DNA of 64,000 nucleotides, from the NCBI GenBank assembly GCA_003331565.1, contig QOPE01000001.1, positions 15,823 to 79,822 on the forward strand, in the 5' to 3' direction. Each line of letters opens with the position of its first letter. Position 1 is the first letter of the stretch. Origin of the DNA: SAR86 cluster bacterium. Lineage in GTDB: Bacteria > Pseudomonadota > Gammaproteobacteria > Magnimaribacterales > D2472. Shown one piece after another: positions 47,803-58,845 of the stretch. The notes below the pieces were generated by a model. That model saw nothing but the letters and a program-made list of their open reading frames with translations, was not told the origin of the DNA and did no database searches. A program made the translations under genes and the position numbers.

Positions 47803-49152
47803 ATGAAGTTTCAACATTTAGTTTTACTGTGTTTAGTAGTACCTCTTTTTGGCCAAGTCAAGATTTCATCACCCGACGTAAGTATCAATAATGATGGCGA
47901 GGCAATTATAAAGATAGATTTTTCAGCTTCAAAAACCTTTGAAGAGAATGAACTAATTTTTTCTACATATAAGACATCTAACCCGTTTGATCTAACAAGT
48001 ATCAAGTTCTCTTTGCTTGAAAATTTTGAAAATAAACAAAGATTAACGATTGCTCTAAAAGATTCATATCTAAATGATTATTTTTCGTTTAGGTTGAGCT
48101 TTGGGGAAAGCTTTAAGAAAGATATATTTATTTTTTTACCTTCAGATGCTAGAAGAATAATCTCACAACGCAAACAGCAAACAAGTTTTACATTGCCAGC
48201 AAAAAAGATTGTAGGTGAACCTGAAATATTTGAACCAAAAGATAATAACGAACCAGTTCTCATGGCTGAAGACATTGATATTGAGGAGATGGATCTTGAT
48301 TTGGATGATAAAAATGAGATTACTCCTATAACCAAAAGCACAGTTTATGCAGAAGAAATTGATACCATTTGGTCAGTTTCAAGATCTTTAGCATCATCTT
48401 ACGATGCATCAATATATCAGATTATGTGGGCTTTATTTATCTCAAATCCAGATGCCTTCATTGATGGGAACATCCATAAGGTTCGATCAGATTTAGACTT
48501 AAACATTCCATCAGCAAATGAAATAGAGTCAGTAGATTCTGAATCAGCAAAAGAATCTATAAATTTTATGGATCCGAATATACAAAAAAATGATAGTAAA
48601 CTAATCCTCACCTCTCCTGAAGATTCTATTAATTATGCAGAAAATGAACCTATCATTGAGGATGAATCTGAAGCAACAGAAAGTTATATTGACCCTCTTT
48701 TAGATGAAGTAACAGAACCTATACCTCAAGCCACATCTAAGGCTACGCCTGAAAAAATTGTTGATGCAAACACTTCTATTGTTAATTTAAATTCCTCATC
48801 AGATAGTAATAGACAGATGAGCTCTTCAACAGATAGATCCTCCATGTCACTAATAATTATTAGCTTATTAAGCTTTGCATTTGGTGTAACGATAGCCTAC
48901 TTCTTGATTTCAAGAGGTAAAAAAACTATCAAGAATGATAATGATGAAACAGATATTCAAGATTCCAATCTTGATACTGAATTAAGCATTGAGAATGATG
49001 ATGAGATGCAACAACTTGATTTAGCAAGAGCATATATTGAAATGGGTGCTTTCGAGGATGCAAATAAAATTTTAGATGAACTGCAGGAGGCTTCATCAAG
49101 TAAGAGAATCCTTGATGATATAAAAGTGCTCCAATCTAAATTCGAGCTTTGA
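47803..49152 (+). CDS. fimV: FimV/HubP-family protein (short form)
   Basis: It has a signal peptide, a LysM-like motif (IYQIMWALFISNPDAFIDGNIHKVRSDLDLNIPS), one TM helix and the FimV C-terminal motif LDLARAYIEMGAFEDANKILDEL. Its position between asd and truA matches Pseudomonas. Confidence 0.7.
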   Translation: MKFQHLVLLCLVVPLFGQVKISSPDVSINNDGEAIIKIDFSASKTFEENELIFSTYKTSNPFDLTSIKFSLLENFENKQRLTIALKDSYLNDYFSFRLSFGESFKKDIFIFLPSDARRIISQRKQQTSFTLPAKKIVGEPEIFEPKDNNEPVLMAEDIDIEEMDLDLDDKNEITPITKSTVYAEEIDTIWSVSRSLASSYDASIYQIMWALFISNPDAFIDGNIHKVRSDLDLNIPSANEIESVDSESAKESINFMDPNIQKNDSKLILTSPEDSINYAENEPIIEDESEATESYIDPLLDEVTEPIPQATSKATPEKIVDANTSIVNLNSSSDSNRQMSSSTDRSSMSLIIISLLSFAFGVTIAYFLISRGKKTIKNDNDETDIQDSNLDTELSIENDDEMQQLDLARAYIEMGAFEDANKILDELQEASSSKRILDDIKVLQSKFEL

Positions 49153-49934
49153 CTAGGTTTGTAGGCATTTGTCAGTACGACGGAACCCTATTTTCAGGGT
49201 TTCAGTTTCAAAAAAATGCTCGCTCTGTTCAAGATGAACTCGAAAAAGCATTAAAAAGCTTTACTAATCTATCTTCAAGAGTTAATTGTGCTGGCAGGAC
49301 TGATAAAGGCGTACATGCATTAAGTCAAATATTTGATTTTTCAGTTGAAGATCCCAGCAGAAATATAAATTGGATAGCTGCATTCAATAGTTCCCTTCCA
49401 GATGATCTTGTTGTCACTCATGTTGAGGAAGTAGATTCTAATTTTCATGCAAGATTCTCCGCATATGAAAGATCGTATGTCTATTTGATAAAGGTTGGAG
49501 AAATCAGATCTACTTTTCTTAGAAACTACGTTTATCATGTAAGCAAACCATTAGACCTCAAACTATTAAGTAAAGAACTTGTAGGAATTATCGGCACACA
49601 TGATTTTAGTGCTTTTAGATCATCTCAATGCTCAGCAAAAGATCCTGTAAAAACCATCTCAAAAGCAAGTTTTGAAGAAAGAGATAACTTAATTTGTATT
49701 GAATTTAGTGCCAATGCTTTTCTTCATAACATGATCAGAATACTAATCGGTACATTAGTTGAGATTTCAACAAATGCAGATTCAGAATATACAATAACCG
49801 ACATAATAAGTTCTAAAGATAGAGCTTTGGCAGGAAAAACTGCACCAGCTAATGGTTTATATTTTTTAGGTGCTAAATATAAGGACATACAAAATACCAA
49901 TATCCATTTTAAGAAATTTTTTGATTCGTTATGA
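49149..49934 (+). CDS. truA: tRNA pseudouridine(38-40) synthase
   Basis: It has YDGTLFSGFQ and the catalytic segment GRTDKGVHA. The TTG start overlaps the fimV TGA, and no ATG precedes the conserved core. Confidence 0.9.
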   Translation: MTRFVGICQYDGTLFSGFQFQKNARSVQDELEKALKSFTNLSSRVNCAGRTDKGVHALSQIFDFSVEDPSRNINWIAAFNSSLPDDLVVTHVEEVDSNFHARFSAYERSYVYLIKVGEIRSTFLRNYVYHVSKPLDLKLLSKELVGIIGTHDFSAFRSSQCSAKDPVKTISKASFEERDNLICIEFSANAFLHNMIRILIGTLVEISTNADSEYTITDIISSKDRALAGKTAPANGLYFLGAKYKDIQNTNIHFKKFFDSL

Positions 49935-50566
49935 GTAAGATTAAAGTATGCGGAATTAATGATTTAAGTTGTTTGAATTGTGTTCAAAAATTTAAACCAG
50001 ACTACTTAGGATTTATTACATACCAAAATAGCCCAAGATGTGTAGATGCTAATTTTTTAAAGCAAGCTCAAGAGTTTATTGATGATGAGATCACGCCAGT
50101 TATTGTTTTTGTTAATGAAACAATTTCATTTATTAGTGAAATTATCAAAATTATTCCTAATGCATTGCTTCAATTTCATGGCAATGAGACTGACGAATTT
50201 TGCGCACAGTTTCATAGGCCTTACTGGAAGGCCATTCATGTAAAAGATGAAACTTTTATAGATAAAATAAATTTATATCCAAATGCAGATGCTATTTTAT
50301 TAGAGTCATACTCACCTCAAGCTTCAGGAGGAACGGGTAAGGCCTTTAATTGGGATCTACTAAATGGCTTGGAGAAAGATAAAAAAAAGTTTATTCTTGC
50401 AGGCGGCGTAGGCAATAATAACATTGAATTAGCGCTGAAACTGGGGCTATGGTGCCTGGATGTTAATTCATCCCTTGAAACATCACCAGGAAAGAAATCA
50501 GAAAAGAAAATTAAAGAATTTTTTCAAAATCTTAGAAATTATGAAAGACAAGTACAGCGAACCTAA
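49931..50566 (+). CDS. trpF: phosphoribosylanthranilate isomerase
   Basis: It has MSKIKVCGI at the N-terminus and the LQFHGNE and GGTG motifs. Confidence 0.88.
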   Translation: MSKIKVCGINDLSCLNCVQKFKPDYLGFITYQNSPRCVDANFLKQAQEFIDDEITPVIVFVNETISFISEIIKIIPNALLQFHGNETDEFCAQFHRPYWKAIHVKDETFIDKINLYPNADAILLESYSPQASGGTGKAFNWDLLNGLEKDKKKFILAGGVGNNNIELALKLGLWCLDVNSSLETSPGKKSEKKIKEFFQNLRNYERQVQRT

Positions 50567-51743
50567 TAGTGAAGGCTTTTTTGGCAGCTATGGTGGTAAA
50601 TTCGTCCCTGAGACCCTCATGGAAGCACTGGATGAGCTTGAAAAATGCTATGAAGACATAAAATCTGATTTAGAATTTCAGAAAAAAATTGATAGGGATT
50701 TGGCTGATTTTGTTGGCAGGCCATCTCCACTTTATTTTGCTAAAAGGTTAACAGAGCATTTTAAGGGGCCAAATATTTGGCTGAAGCGAGAAGACTTAAA
50801 TCATACTGGTGCGCACAAAATAAATAATACTATCGGACAAATATTGCTTGCCAAAATGATGGGTAAAACCAGAATTATTGCTGAGACCGGTGCAGGGCAG
50901 CACGGGGTTGCAACAGCAACGGTTGCAGCTCGGTTAGGACTAGAATGCCATATTTACATGGGAGCTGAAGATGTCCAAAGACAATCACTCAACGTATACA
51001 GAATAAAACTATTAGGAGCACATGTGCATCCCGTTGAATCAGGGACCGCAACACTCAAAGATGCTTTAAATGAAGCCATTCGTGATTGGGTAACCAATGT
51101 TGACAATACTTACTATATTATCGGTAGCGTTACCGGCCCTCATCCTTACCCGATGATCGTTAGAGATTTCAATGCAATTGTTGGAAGAGAGTTAATTCAT
51201 CAATCTCAAGCTTCTTTTCAATCCTTGCCTGATGCCATAATTGCTTGTGTTGGAGGAGGCTCAAATGCAATTGGTATTTTTCATCCGTTCATTGATGAAG
51301 ATGTTCGCTTGATTGGTGTTGAAGCGGCAGGTCAAGGCATCGATACCGGAAAGCATGCTGCGCCGTTAAATGATGGTGAGCCAGGAATACTGCATGGCGC
51401 CAAGAGTTATCTAATGCAAGATTCAGATGGACAAATTATGGCAACTAGTTCTATTAGTGCTGGATTGGATTATCCGGGTGTTGGTCCAGAGCACTCATTC
51501 TTAAAAGATAGCGGCAGAGCTGAATACATTGCAGTTAATGATGAATCAGTTATGAAAGCATTTCATCAACTGAGTGAGCTGGAAGGAATTATCCCCGCAT
51601 TAGAAACTGCTCATGCGTTTGCTCCACTTGACTTAATATGTAGTGAGTTTAATGAAGATCAAAATATAGTTATCAATGTATCAGGAAGAGGTGATAAAGA
51701 CATTGCATCTGTTGCCAAGCTTGAGGGCATAGATCTTGAATAG
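50541..51743 (+). CDS. trpB: tryptophan synthase beta chain
   Basis: It has [13 protein letters not shown] and the PLP lysine in [10 protein letters not shown] moved the start to ATG 50541, which overlaps the trpF end by 26 nt. Confidence 0.93.
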   Translation: MKDKYSEPNSEGFFGSYGGKFVPETLMEALDELEKCYEDIKSDLEFQKKIDRDLADFVGRPSPLYFAKRLTEHFKGPNIWLKREDLNHTGAHKINNTIGQILLAKMMGKTRIIAETGAGQHGVATATVAARLGLECHIYMGAEDVQRQSLNVYRIKLLGAHVHPVESGTATLKDALNEAIRDWVTNVDNTYYIIGSVTGPHPYPMIVRDFNAIVGRELIHQSQASFQSLPDAIIACVGGGSNAIGIFHPFIDEDVRLIGVEAAGQGIDTGKHAAPLNDGEPGILHGAKSYLMQDSDGQIMATSSISAGLDYPGVGPEHSFLKDSGRAEYIAVNDESVMKAFHQLSELEGIIPALETAHAFAPLDLICSEFNEDQNIVINVSGRGDKDIASVAKLEGIDLE

Positions 51744-52524
51744 GATTGAAAAACAGCTTGTTGAAAATAAAAAAAATAATATTAAATCTCTAATAGCATA
51801 TTTAGTTGCTGGCGATCCAAACATGGATGATACACTTTCGTTAATGCATGGCTTTGTTGATGCAGGTGTTGATGTTATTGAGGTTGGAGTACCTTTTTCA
51901 GATCCCATAGCTGAGGGTCCAATAATTCAATCGGCTCATGATCGTTCGCTAGCAAATAAAACTTCATTTGAAGGTATTATCGATCTCATTTCTAATTTTA
52001 GAAAAAAGAACACGAATACTCCTATTGTTTTGATGGGCTACCTAAACAGTTTTTTAAAAAATCAGAAAGCTTTTTCGAGATTCGATGATGTTGGGATTGA
52101 TGGGGTTTTAATTGTTGACGCTCCAGGAGAATATTCGCTAAAAGATCTTGGAATTTCAAATGCTAACGTAGTTTCAATTTCGCTAGTTTCACCAACAACC
52201 ACCAAAGAGAGAACTAAGAAGATATGTAATGCCAGCTCAGGATTTATTTACTACGTAACACTTAAGGGGGTCACCGGTTCCTCAAATGTTAACCTTGAAG
52301 AGATTAAGAGCAATGTAATTGACCTTCAAAAGAATACTGATCTACCAGTCATGGCTGGATTTGGTATAAAAAATAAAGAGCAAGCCGAGTCAATCTCTAA
52401 AGTTGCAGATGGAGTGGTGATAGGATCATATTTAGTTGAGAGTATTTTCCAGGCAAAAAAAACCACAGATTATAAAAAAATATATAATTATTTAAGCGAA
52501 ATTAAGTCGGTTATAAATAAATGA
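51736..52524 (+). CDS. trpA: tryptophan synthase alpha chain
   Basis: It has VAGDPN...[18 protein letters not shown]. The TTG start gives an N-terminus co-linear with E. coli TrpA. Confidence 0.9.
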   Translation: MNRIEKQLVENKKNNIKSLIAYLVAGDPNMDDTLSLMHGFVDAGVDVIEVGVPFSDPIAEGPIIQSAHDRSLANKTSFEGIIDLISNFRKKNTNTPIVLMGYLNSFLKNQKAFSRFDDVGIDGVLIVDAPGEYSLKDLGISNANVVSISLVSPTTTKERTKKICNASSGFIYYVTLKGVTGSSNVNLEEIKSNVIDLQKNTDLPVMAGFGIKNKEQAESISKVADGVVIGSYLVESIFQAKKTTDYKKIYNYLSEIKSVINK

Positions 52525-53387
52525 ATTGGTTAACAAGGCTCATACCCTCAATAGGTGAAAAAGAACCTTCAGCCTCCAAAAGCAAAGTTCCTGATGGTCT
52601 TTGGAATAATTGTCCAGCATGTGAATCGATTTTGTACCAACCGGAACTGGAAAAATCGTTATTTGTATGTCCAAAATGCGGCCATCATCTGAGGATAGGT
52701 GCCAGAAAAAGGATCTCAATTTTTTTAGATCAAGATTCCTTCAATGAAATCTCCTCTGATGAGGAAACAAATAATATCCTTAATTTTAAAGATACTAAGC
52801 CTTATGATCAAAGAATTAAAGAGGCTGTTAGTTCAACAGGGGAGAAAGAAGCTCTTGTTACTGGAGTTGGGAAGCTTGATGGAAAAGAAGTTGTGGTCGC
52901 TGCATTCGAGTTCAGATTTATGGGTGGTTCAATGGGTGGAACTGTTGGAACTAAATTTGTTAAAGCAGTTCAGACTGCAATCGACAAAAATCTACCACTG
53001 ATATGTTTTTCTACAAGTGGGGGTGCGCGCATGCAAGAGTCAATGGTCTCTCTTATGCAAATGGCAAAAACTGCAGCAGCATTGGAAAAACTTAGAGAGA
53101 AGTCGCTGCCTTATTTTTCGGTGATGATAGATCCAATCTTTGGAGGAGTCTCTGCAAGCATAGCAATGTTGGGGGATATCAACATAGCGGAGCCCGGTGC
53201 ATTAGTTGGATTTGCTGGAAGAAGGGTGATTGAAGAGACAGTTAGAGTTGATTTACCCGAAGACTTTCAGCGAGCGGAATTTTTACTTGATCGTGGAGCA
53301 ATAGATATGATCGTTCACAGGGGTGAGTTAAGGTCAACAATTTCAAATCTTCGAGATAAGTTACTAAGCAATAATGCTGCTAAATAG
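52521..53387 (+). CDS. accD: acetyl-CoA carboxylase carboxyltransferase beta subunit
   Basis: It has an N-terminal zinc ribbon (CPACESILY...CPKCGHH) and the GGSMG motif. Confidence 0.93.
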   Translation: MNWLTRLIPSIGEKEPSASKSKVPDGLWNNCPACESILYQPELEKSLFVCPKCGHHLRIGARKRISIFLDQDSFNEISSDEETNNILNFKDTKPYDQRIKEAVSSTGEKEALVTGVGKLDGKEVVVAAFEFRFMGGSMGGTVGTKFVKAVQTAIDKNLPLICFSTSGGARMQESMVSLMQMAKTAAALEKLREKSLPYFSVMIDPIFGGVSASIAMLGDINIAEPGALVGFAGRRVIEETVRVDLPEDFQRAEFLLDRGAIDMIVHRGELRSTISNLRDKLLSNNAAK

Positions 53388-53733
53388 GCTAATTGGTTTT
53401 CTTGTAATAGCTGCACTCATTTTATTTTTATTTTTTTTCCTTGGGCCAAATAGCATTCGATTAACAAGTAAGATTGTTGACCAAAATGATACCCCTTTAG
53501 AACCACTTAGAAATTATGTCTACAGAGTAGGCATATTTAAGGACTCCTCAAAAGCAGAAAACCTCATTGCCAAGTTTAGGTCTCAAGATGTTTTAGTATA
53601 TTCAAGCGAAAATGATGATTTGATTTACGTCTATGTTGGACCATTTATTGGAAAGGAAAAGATTATTCAATCTAAAACTCTCTACAACGAAATAGCTGGT
53701 GTTGAAAATGGAGTAATAGAAGAATGGAAATAG
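53374..53733 (+). CDS. SPOR-domain membrane protein (DedD-like)
   Basis: It has an N-terminal TM helix and a C-terminal SPOR-like repeat (YRVGIFKDSSKAENLIAKF...YVYVGPF). It occupies the dedD position between accD and cvpA. Confidence 0.55.
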   Translation: MLLNRLIGFLVIAALILFLFFFLGPNSIRLTSKIVDQNDTPLEPLRNYVYRVGIFKDSSKAENLIAKFRSQDVLVYSSENDDLIYVYVGPFIGKEKIIQSKTLYNEIAGVENGVIEEWK

Positions 53734-54260
53734 CCGCCTTGAATGAACTAGATATGATAATTCTATCCATTATTGTTGTCTCAGCAATAATCTCTCTTTT
53801 TAGAGGCTTTGTAAAAGAAGCATTTTCATTGATTTTGTGGATTTCAGCTTTTTTCTTGACCATACTGTTCCAACCCTCTGCTCAAAAATTTTTATCTAAC
53901 TTTTCAATTTCAGTCTCTCTACTGGAACCGTTAACCTACATAATTGTTTTTGTAAGCTTAATATTTATAGGGGGCCTAGTTATAAATTTTATTCATGGTC
54001 TTGTGCAATGGTCTGGTTTGTCAGGATTTAATAGGCTTTTAGGAGCCATGTTTGGGTCATTGCGCGGAGTGCTAATTGTGAGCCTATTATTTATAGTTGC
54101 AGATGATTATGTTGAACAAAGTACTCTTGCAGAAAATTCACAAATTTATCCAATCATCAAAACATATAATCCAGTTTTAATTAGTAAAATTAGCTCTATG
54201 ATTGAAGATACAAATTCAGGTATGCTAACAAGTGAGCAACCCATCCTAGGAAATACCTAA
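53724..54260 (+). CDS. cvpA: colicin V production protein CvpA
   Basis: It is a 178-aa polytopic membrane protein with the conserved position upstream of purF. Confidence 0.75.
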   Translation: MEIAALNELDMIILSIIVVSAIISLFRGFVKEAFSLILWISAFFLTILFQPSAQKFLSNFSISVSLLEPLTYIIVFVSLIFIGGLVINFIHGLVQWSGLSGFNRLLGAMFGSLRGVLIVSLLFIVADDYVEQSTLAENSQIYPIIKTYNPVLISKISSMIEDTNSGMLTSEQPILGNT

Positions 54261-55738
54261 TGTGCGGAATAGTTGGAATTTCAGCTGAATCAAACGTAGC
54301 TTCAGAAATCTATGAATCTTTGCTCATGCTTCAGCATAGAGGCCAAGATGCAGCAGGAATGGTTGTCTGTGACGATGAAGGAAGATTAAACAGCAGAAAA
54401 TCAATGGGTTATGTCAGGGATGTTTTTCAGCAAACTCACATGGAAAAACTCATTGGAAACTACGGGGTTGGACATGTTAGATATCCCACTGCAGGCGGTG
54501 CCGGTAAAGAGTTTGCTCAACCAATGTATGTAAATTCACCATATGGGATAAGCCTTGCTCATAATGGCAACTTAACTAACTCAAAATCTTTAGCTAAAGA
54601 GTTATTTTTTGCTGAAATGAGACACTTAAACACTGACTCAGATTCAGAAGTTCTTTTGAATATATTGGCTCATGAGATAGCTAAGCAGAAAGCAATTAAT
54701 CCAACACCTGAACATTTATTTAAGGCTGTTTCAAAAACCCATATAAGATGTGATGGAGCATACGCAGTTGTCGCCTTGATTACCGGAGCAGGAATCTTGG
54801 CATTTAGAGATCCAAATGGCATTAGACCATTAGTGATCGGTGAGCGTGAAGGTAAGAACAGAAAAGAATATGTTATTGCATCAGAAAATGCTTTATTTGC
54901 ATCTTTAGGCTTTAAAACTCTTAGAGATGTTGAGCCAGGAGAAGCAGTCTTTATAGATAAAAAAGGAATCATTTCCTCAAAACAATGCTCTCTATCAGCT
55001 AAGTCACAACCATGCATTTTTGAATACGTTTATTTATCAAGGCCTGACTCAACCTTAGATCAAATTTCTGTTTATCAATCAAGAATGAGAATGGGCAAAT
55101 ATTTAGCAAAGAATATTTTGGAAAATATGCCAGACCATGACATAGATGTTGTGATTCCTATTCCAGACAGCTCAACAACAGCTGCCTTGCAGTTGGCAAA
55201 CGAACTGAATATTCCCTATCGGGAGGGATTTGTAAAAAATAGATACATTGGCAGGACATTCATAATGCCTTATCAAGAAGAACGTAAAAAATCTGTTAGA
55301 CGTAAATTAAATATCTTGGAGCTAGAGTTTTTAAATAAGAATGTTCTCTTGGTTGATGACTCAATAGTAAGAGGAACCACAAGCAAGAAAATTATTGAGA
55401 TGGCCAAAATGGCAGGTGCAAAAAAAGTGTATTTCGCCTCTGCTGCGCCACCAATTAGATATCAAAATCTTTATGGAATTGATATGGCTGCTACTGAGGA
55501 GTTAGTTGCTCATAATAAAACTGAAGAGGAAATTTGTGCTGAGATCGGAGCCGATAAGATTTTTTATCAACAATTAGATGATTTGATAAGTTCGGCCAAA
55601 GAGGGCAACCCTAAAATCACTGATTTTGAAATTTCAATTTTTAATGGAGAGTATCCAACACCAATTAGCTCTTCCTACTTAGAGGACTTGGAAATAAGTA
55701 GAAGCGACAGTAAAAAGATAACTAGAGAGGCTAAGTAG
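54260..55738 (+). CDS. purF: amidophosphoribosyltransferase
   Basis: It has the N-terminal nucleophile MCGIVGI and the PRTase motif [13 protein letters not shown]. Confidence 0.94.
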   Translation: MCGIVGISAESNVASEIYESLLMLQHRGQDAAGMVVCDDEGRLNSRKSMGYVRDVFQQTHMEKLIGNYGVGHVRYPTAGGAGKEFAQPMYVNSPYGISLAHNGNLTNSKSLAKELFFAEMRHLNTDSDSEVLLNILAHEIAKQKAINPTPEHLFKAVSKTHIRCDGAYAVVALITGAGILAFRDPNGIRPLVIGEREGKNRKEYVIASENALFASLGFKTLRDVEPGEAVFIDKKGIISSKQCSLSAKSQPCIFEYVYLSRPDSTLDQISVYQSRMRMGKYLAKNILENMPDHDIDVVIPIPDSSTTAALQLANELNIPYREGFVKNRYIGRTFIMPYQEERKKSVRRKLNILELEFLNKNVLLVDDSIVRGTTSKKIIEMAKMAGAKKVYFASAAPPIRYQNLYGIDMAATEELVAHNKTEEEICAEIGADKIFYQQLDDLISSAKEGNPKITDFEISIFNGEYPTPISSSYLEDLEISRSDSKKITREAK

Positions 55739-58310
55739 CTTCTACCAAATTGATCGCTGGTATTTCAGCATCATTTGCTTGATCAACATAGGACTTTATT
55801 TCATTAAAGTTAAGATATCGATAGATCTCACCACTCATGGTGTCAACTTCTTTCATTATTTCTAGATACTCACTTGGGCTTGGTAATTTACCTAATACCG
55901 CAGAGACTGCAGATAATTCTGCTGACCCTAGAAAAACATCAGCACCATCACCAAGTCTGTTAGGAAAATTTCTTGTTGAAGTTGAGATCACCGTAGAGTT
56001 AGGAGCTACTCTTGCCTGATTACCCATGCATAATGAGCATCCTGGTACTTCAGTCCTTGCTCCTGCTACACCAAAAACATTATAAATACCTTCTTCAATA
56101 AGCTGTTTTTCATCCATCTTCGTTGGAGGGACAACCCACAGCCTAGTTGGGATCTCTTTATATTTTTTTAATAGTTGTCCAGCAGCCCTGAAGTGCCCAA
56201 TATTTGTCATACAGGAACCAATAAAGACCTCATCGATTTTAGTATCTTGTACTTCAGAAAGAGGCTTTATATCATCAGGATCATTTGGGCAGGCTAGCAG
56301 AGGTTCCTTGATCTCATTAAGGTCAATCTCAATGACTGCAGCATATTCTGCATCCTTATCTGCTTCAAGAAGGGTAGGATTTTTTATCCATTCTTCCATT
56401 CCCTGAGCACGTCTTTCAAGTGTTTTTGGATCACCATATCCATTCGCTATCATCCATCTCAACATCACGATATTTGAATTTAAATATTCAATAATAGGCT
56501 CTTCACCCAATTTAATGGTGCATCCTGATGCAGACCTTTCTGCAGATGCATCGGATATTTCAAAGGCTTGCTCTACTTTTAGATTTGGCAATCCTTCAAC
56601 CTCTAAACATCTTCCTGAAAAAATATTTTTCTTACCTTCCTTTTCAACCGTTAGTAATCCTTGTTGAATCGCAGCATATGGGATTGCGTTAACAAGATCC
56701 CTAAGAGTGATGCCTGGTTGCATTTCTCCTGAAAATCGCACTAAGACGGATTCAGGCATATCAAGTGGCATTACCCCGAGAGTTGCAGCAAAAGCAACTA
56801 GTCCGGAGCCAGCAGGAAAGCTAATACCTATAGGAAATCGAGTATGGCTATCTCCCCCTGTTCCGACAGTGTCAGGTAAGAGCATTCTGTTTAACCAAGA
56901 GTGGATGATGCCATCACCTGGTTTAAGTGAAACTCCTCCTCTATTCATAATAAATTCAGGGAGGGAATGTTGAGTTTCTATATCCACGGGTTTAGGATAG
57001 GCAGCAGTATGACAAAACGATTGCATAACTAAGTCAGCGGAGAAACCAAGGCATGCAAGTTCCTTTAACTCATCCCTTGTCATGGGTCCAGTGGTATCCT
57101 GAGAACCTACCGTTGTCATTCTGGGTTCACAATAATCTCCTGGACGTACACCCTCAACACTGCAGGCCTTACCAACCATTTTTTGCGCCAAGGTAAAACC
57201 TTTAGCATCACTTTTATCATTGTTAGGTCTAACAAAAATATCTGTTGGCTCAAGTCCAAGTGTTTCTCTAGCTTTGTCAGTTAACTGCCTTCCAATAATT
57301 AAATTTATTCGACCATTAGCTCTTACTTCATCCATTATGACTTCAGTTTTCAACTCAAACGAAGTTAACAATTCACCTTCTAAATTTGTAACTTCTCCGG
57401 CATGAGGTTTAAGAATAATTTCGTCCCCCATACTTAAACTTGATACATCACATTCAATTGGCAATGAGCCTGCATCTTCAAGGGTATTAAAAAATATAGG
57501 CGCAATTTTCCCGCCAAGCACAAAACCACCCTCATGCTTGTTTGGTATAAATGGTATTTCATCACCAATGTGCCACAGCAGAGAGTTGGTAGCAGATTTT
57601 CTTGATGAGCCTGTTCCCACAACATCTCCAACAAACACTAGCGGATTACCTTTCTTTTTAAGTTCTTCAATTTTTCCAAGAGCATCATCCAAGCCCTCTC
57701 TTGGCATTTTGAACATTGCTTGGGCATGAAGAGGGATGTCTGGTCTTGACCAAGCATCTTGTGCCGGTGATAAGTCATCGGTATTAATTTCCCCAGACAC
57801 CTTAAAAACTGTTAACTTTATCTCATCCCTAAGTTTATCTTTTGTGGTAAACCATTTGCCTTCTGCCCAGTTTTCTAAAACTTTTTTTGCATAATCATTA
57901 CTTTTTGCAAGCTCATTAATCTCATTAAAGGCATCGAAAATAAGTAAAGTATTTGATAGAGCTGCTACTGCTGCTTCTGCAAGATTTTCATTTTTTAAAC
58001 ACTCAACTAGAGGAGTAATGTTATATCCTCCAAGCATTGTTCCAAGTAACTCAACAGCATAATTGGCATCAATATATGGGCTTTTTGTTTTCCCCTCAGT
58101 TATATCTGATAAAAAACCAGCTTTCACATATGCTGCTTGATCGACTCCAGCCGGAATGCGCTGCACCAAAAGCTCCATTAATAGTTCAGATTCTTCGTGA
58201 TCAGTTTTAAGTAGCTCAATTAATTCTGCAGTTTGATCAGCAGACAGAGGTAACGGCGGTACATTTTGCTCTGCTCTTTCTTGGCAATGAAGTTTGTATT
58301 GTTCTAGCAT
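55731..58310 (-). CDS. acnB: bifunctional aconitate hydratase 2 / 2-methylisocitrate dehydratase
   Basis: It has the AcnB N-terminus [22 protein letters not shown] and the Fe-S cysteine segments ([15 protein letters not shown]). I chose the ATG at 58310 (M7 of the track ORF). Confidence 0.93.
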   Translation of the reverse strand: MLEQYKLHCQERAEQNVPPLPLSADQTAELIELLKTDHEESELLMELLVQRIPAGVDQAAYVKAGFLSDITEGKTKSPYIDANYAVELLGTMLGGYNITPLVECLKNENLAEAAVAALSNTLLIFDAFNEINELAKSNDYAKKVLENWAEGKWFTTKDKLRDEIKLTVFKVSGEINTDDLSPAQDAWSRPDIPLHAQAMFKMPREGLDDALGKIEELKKKGNPLVFVGDVVGTGSSRKSATNSLLWHIGDEIPFIPNKHEGGFVLGGKIAPIFFNTLEDAGSLPIECDVSSLSMGDEIILKPHAGEVTNLEGELLTSFELKTEVIMDEVRANGRINLIIGRQLTDKARETLGLEPTDIFVRPNNDKSDAKGFTLAQKMVGKACSVEGVRPGDYCEPRMTTVGSQDTTGPMTRDELKELACLGFSADLVMQSFCHTAAYPKPVDIETQHSLPEFIMNRGGVSLKPGDGIIHSWLNRMLLPDTVGTGGDSHTRFPIGISFPAGSGLVAFAATLGVMPLDMPESVLVRFSGEMQPGITLRDLVNAIPYAAIQQGLLTVEKEGKKNIFSGRCLEVEGLPNLKVEQAFEISDASAERSASGCTIKLGEEPIIEYLNSNIVMLRWMIANGYGDPKTLERRAQGMEEWIKNPTLLEADKDAEYAAVIEIDLNEIKEPLLACPNDPDDIKPLSEVQDTKIDEVFIGSCMTNIGHFRAAGQLLKKYKEIPTRLWVVPPTKMDEKQLIEEGIYNVFGVAGARTEVPGCSLCMGNQARVAPNSTVISTSTRNFPNRLGDGADVFLGSAELSAVSAVLGKLPSPSEYLEIMKEVDTMSGEIYRYLNFNEIKSYVDQANDAEIPAINLVEAT

Positions 58311-58404
58311 GATGACTCCTCGCCGCATATTTTACTTCTCATTGAGACTTTGCTCCAGCAGATTAAGCTATTAATATTTTAAGTATTTAGAGTATTATTT
58401 TGTT

Positions 58405-58845
58405 ATGCGTAAACAACGTTCTTCAACACCTTGTCTTGGAATTTGTTCAACCACTTATGGAGATGACGTTTGCAGGGGCTGTAAGCGCTTTATTCATGAG
58501 GTGATTAACTGGAATTCTTATTCAAATGATGAAAAAGAGATTGTTAATTCAAGACTTGAAGAGTTTAAGGTGACCATCCTTAGCCATCGATTTAAAGTTA
58601 CTGACGCTGAGCTGTTATCTTCTAAACTCAAGGAGCATGCCATCAATTTCAATGATTCCCTTGATCCGATCACATGGATATTTGATTTATTGCGTGCATC
58701 ATCGCAAGATCTTGATCTTGAATTATTTGGTCTTGAATTATTGCCTGATCATCGAACCTTTTCACTATCTTCCATCAAAGATGAGATAAACACTGAACTT
58801 TTTGAATTGTCTCAAGCACATTTTGATAGGTACTTCACTAATTAA
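58405..58845 (+). CDS. DUF1289-like cysteine-rich protein with extended C-terminus
   Basis: The N-terminal TPCLGICSTTYGDDVCRGCKRFIHEVINW matches the DUF1289 pattern (PC-G-C...C-GC...W). The remaining roughly 100 aa are unassigned. Confidence 0.55.
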   Translation: MRKQRSSTPCLGICSTTYGDDVCRGCKRFIHEVINWNSYSNDEKEIVNSRLEEFKVTILSHRFKVTDAELLSSKLKEHAINFNDSLDPITWIFDLLRASSQDLDLELFGLELLPDHRTFSLSSIKDEINTELFELSQAHFDRYFTN

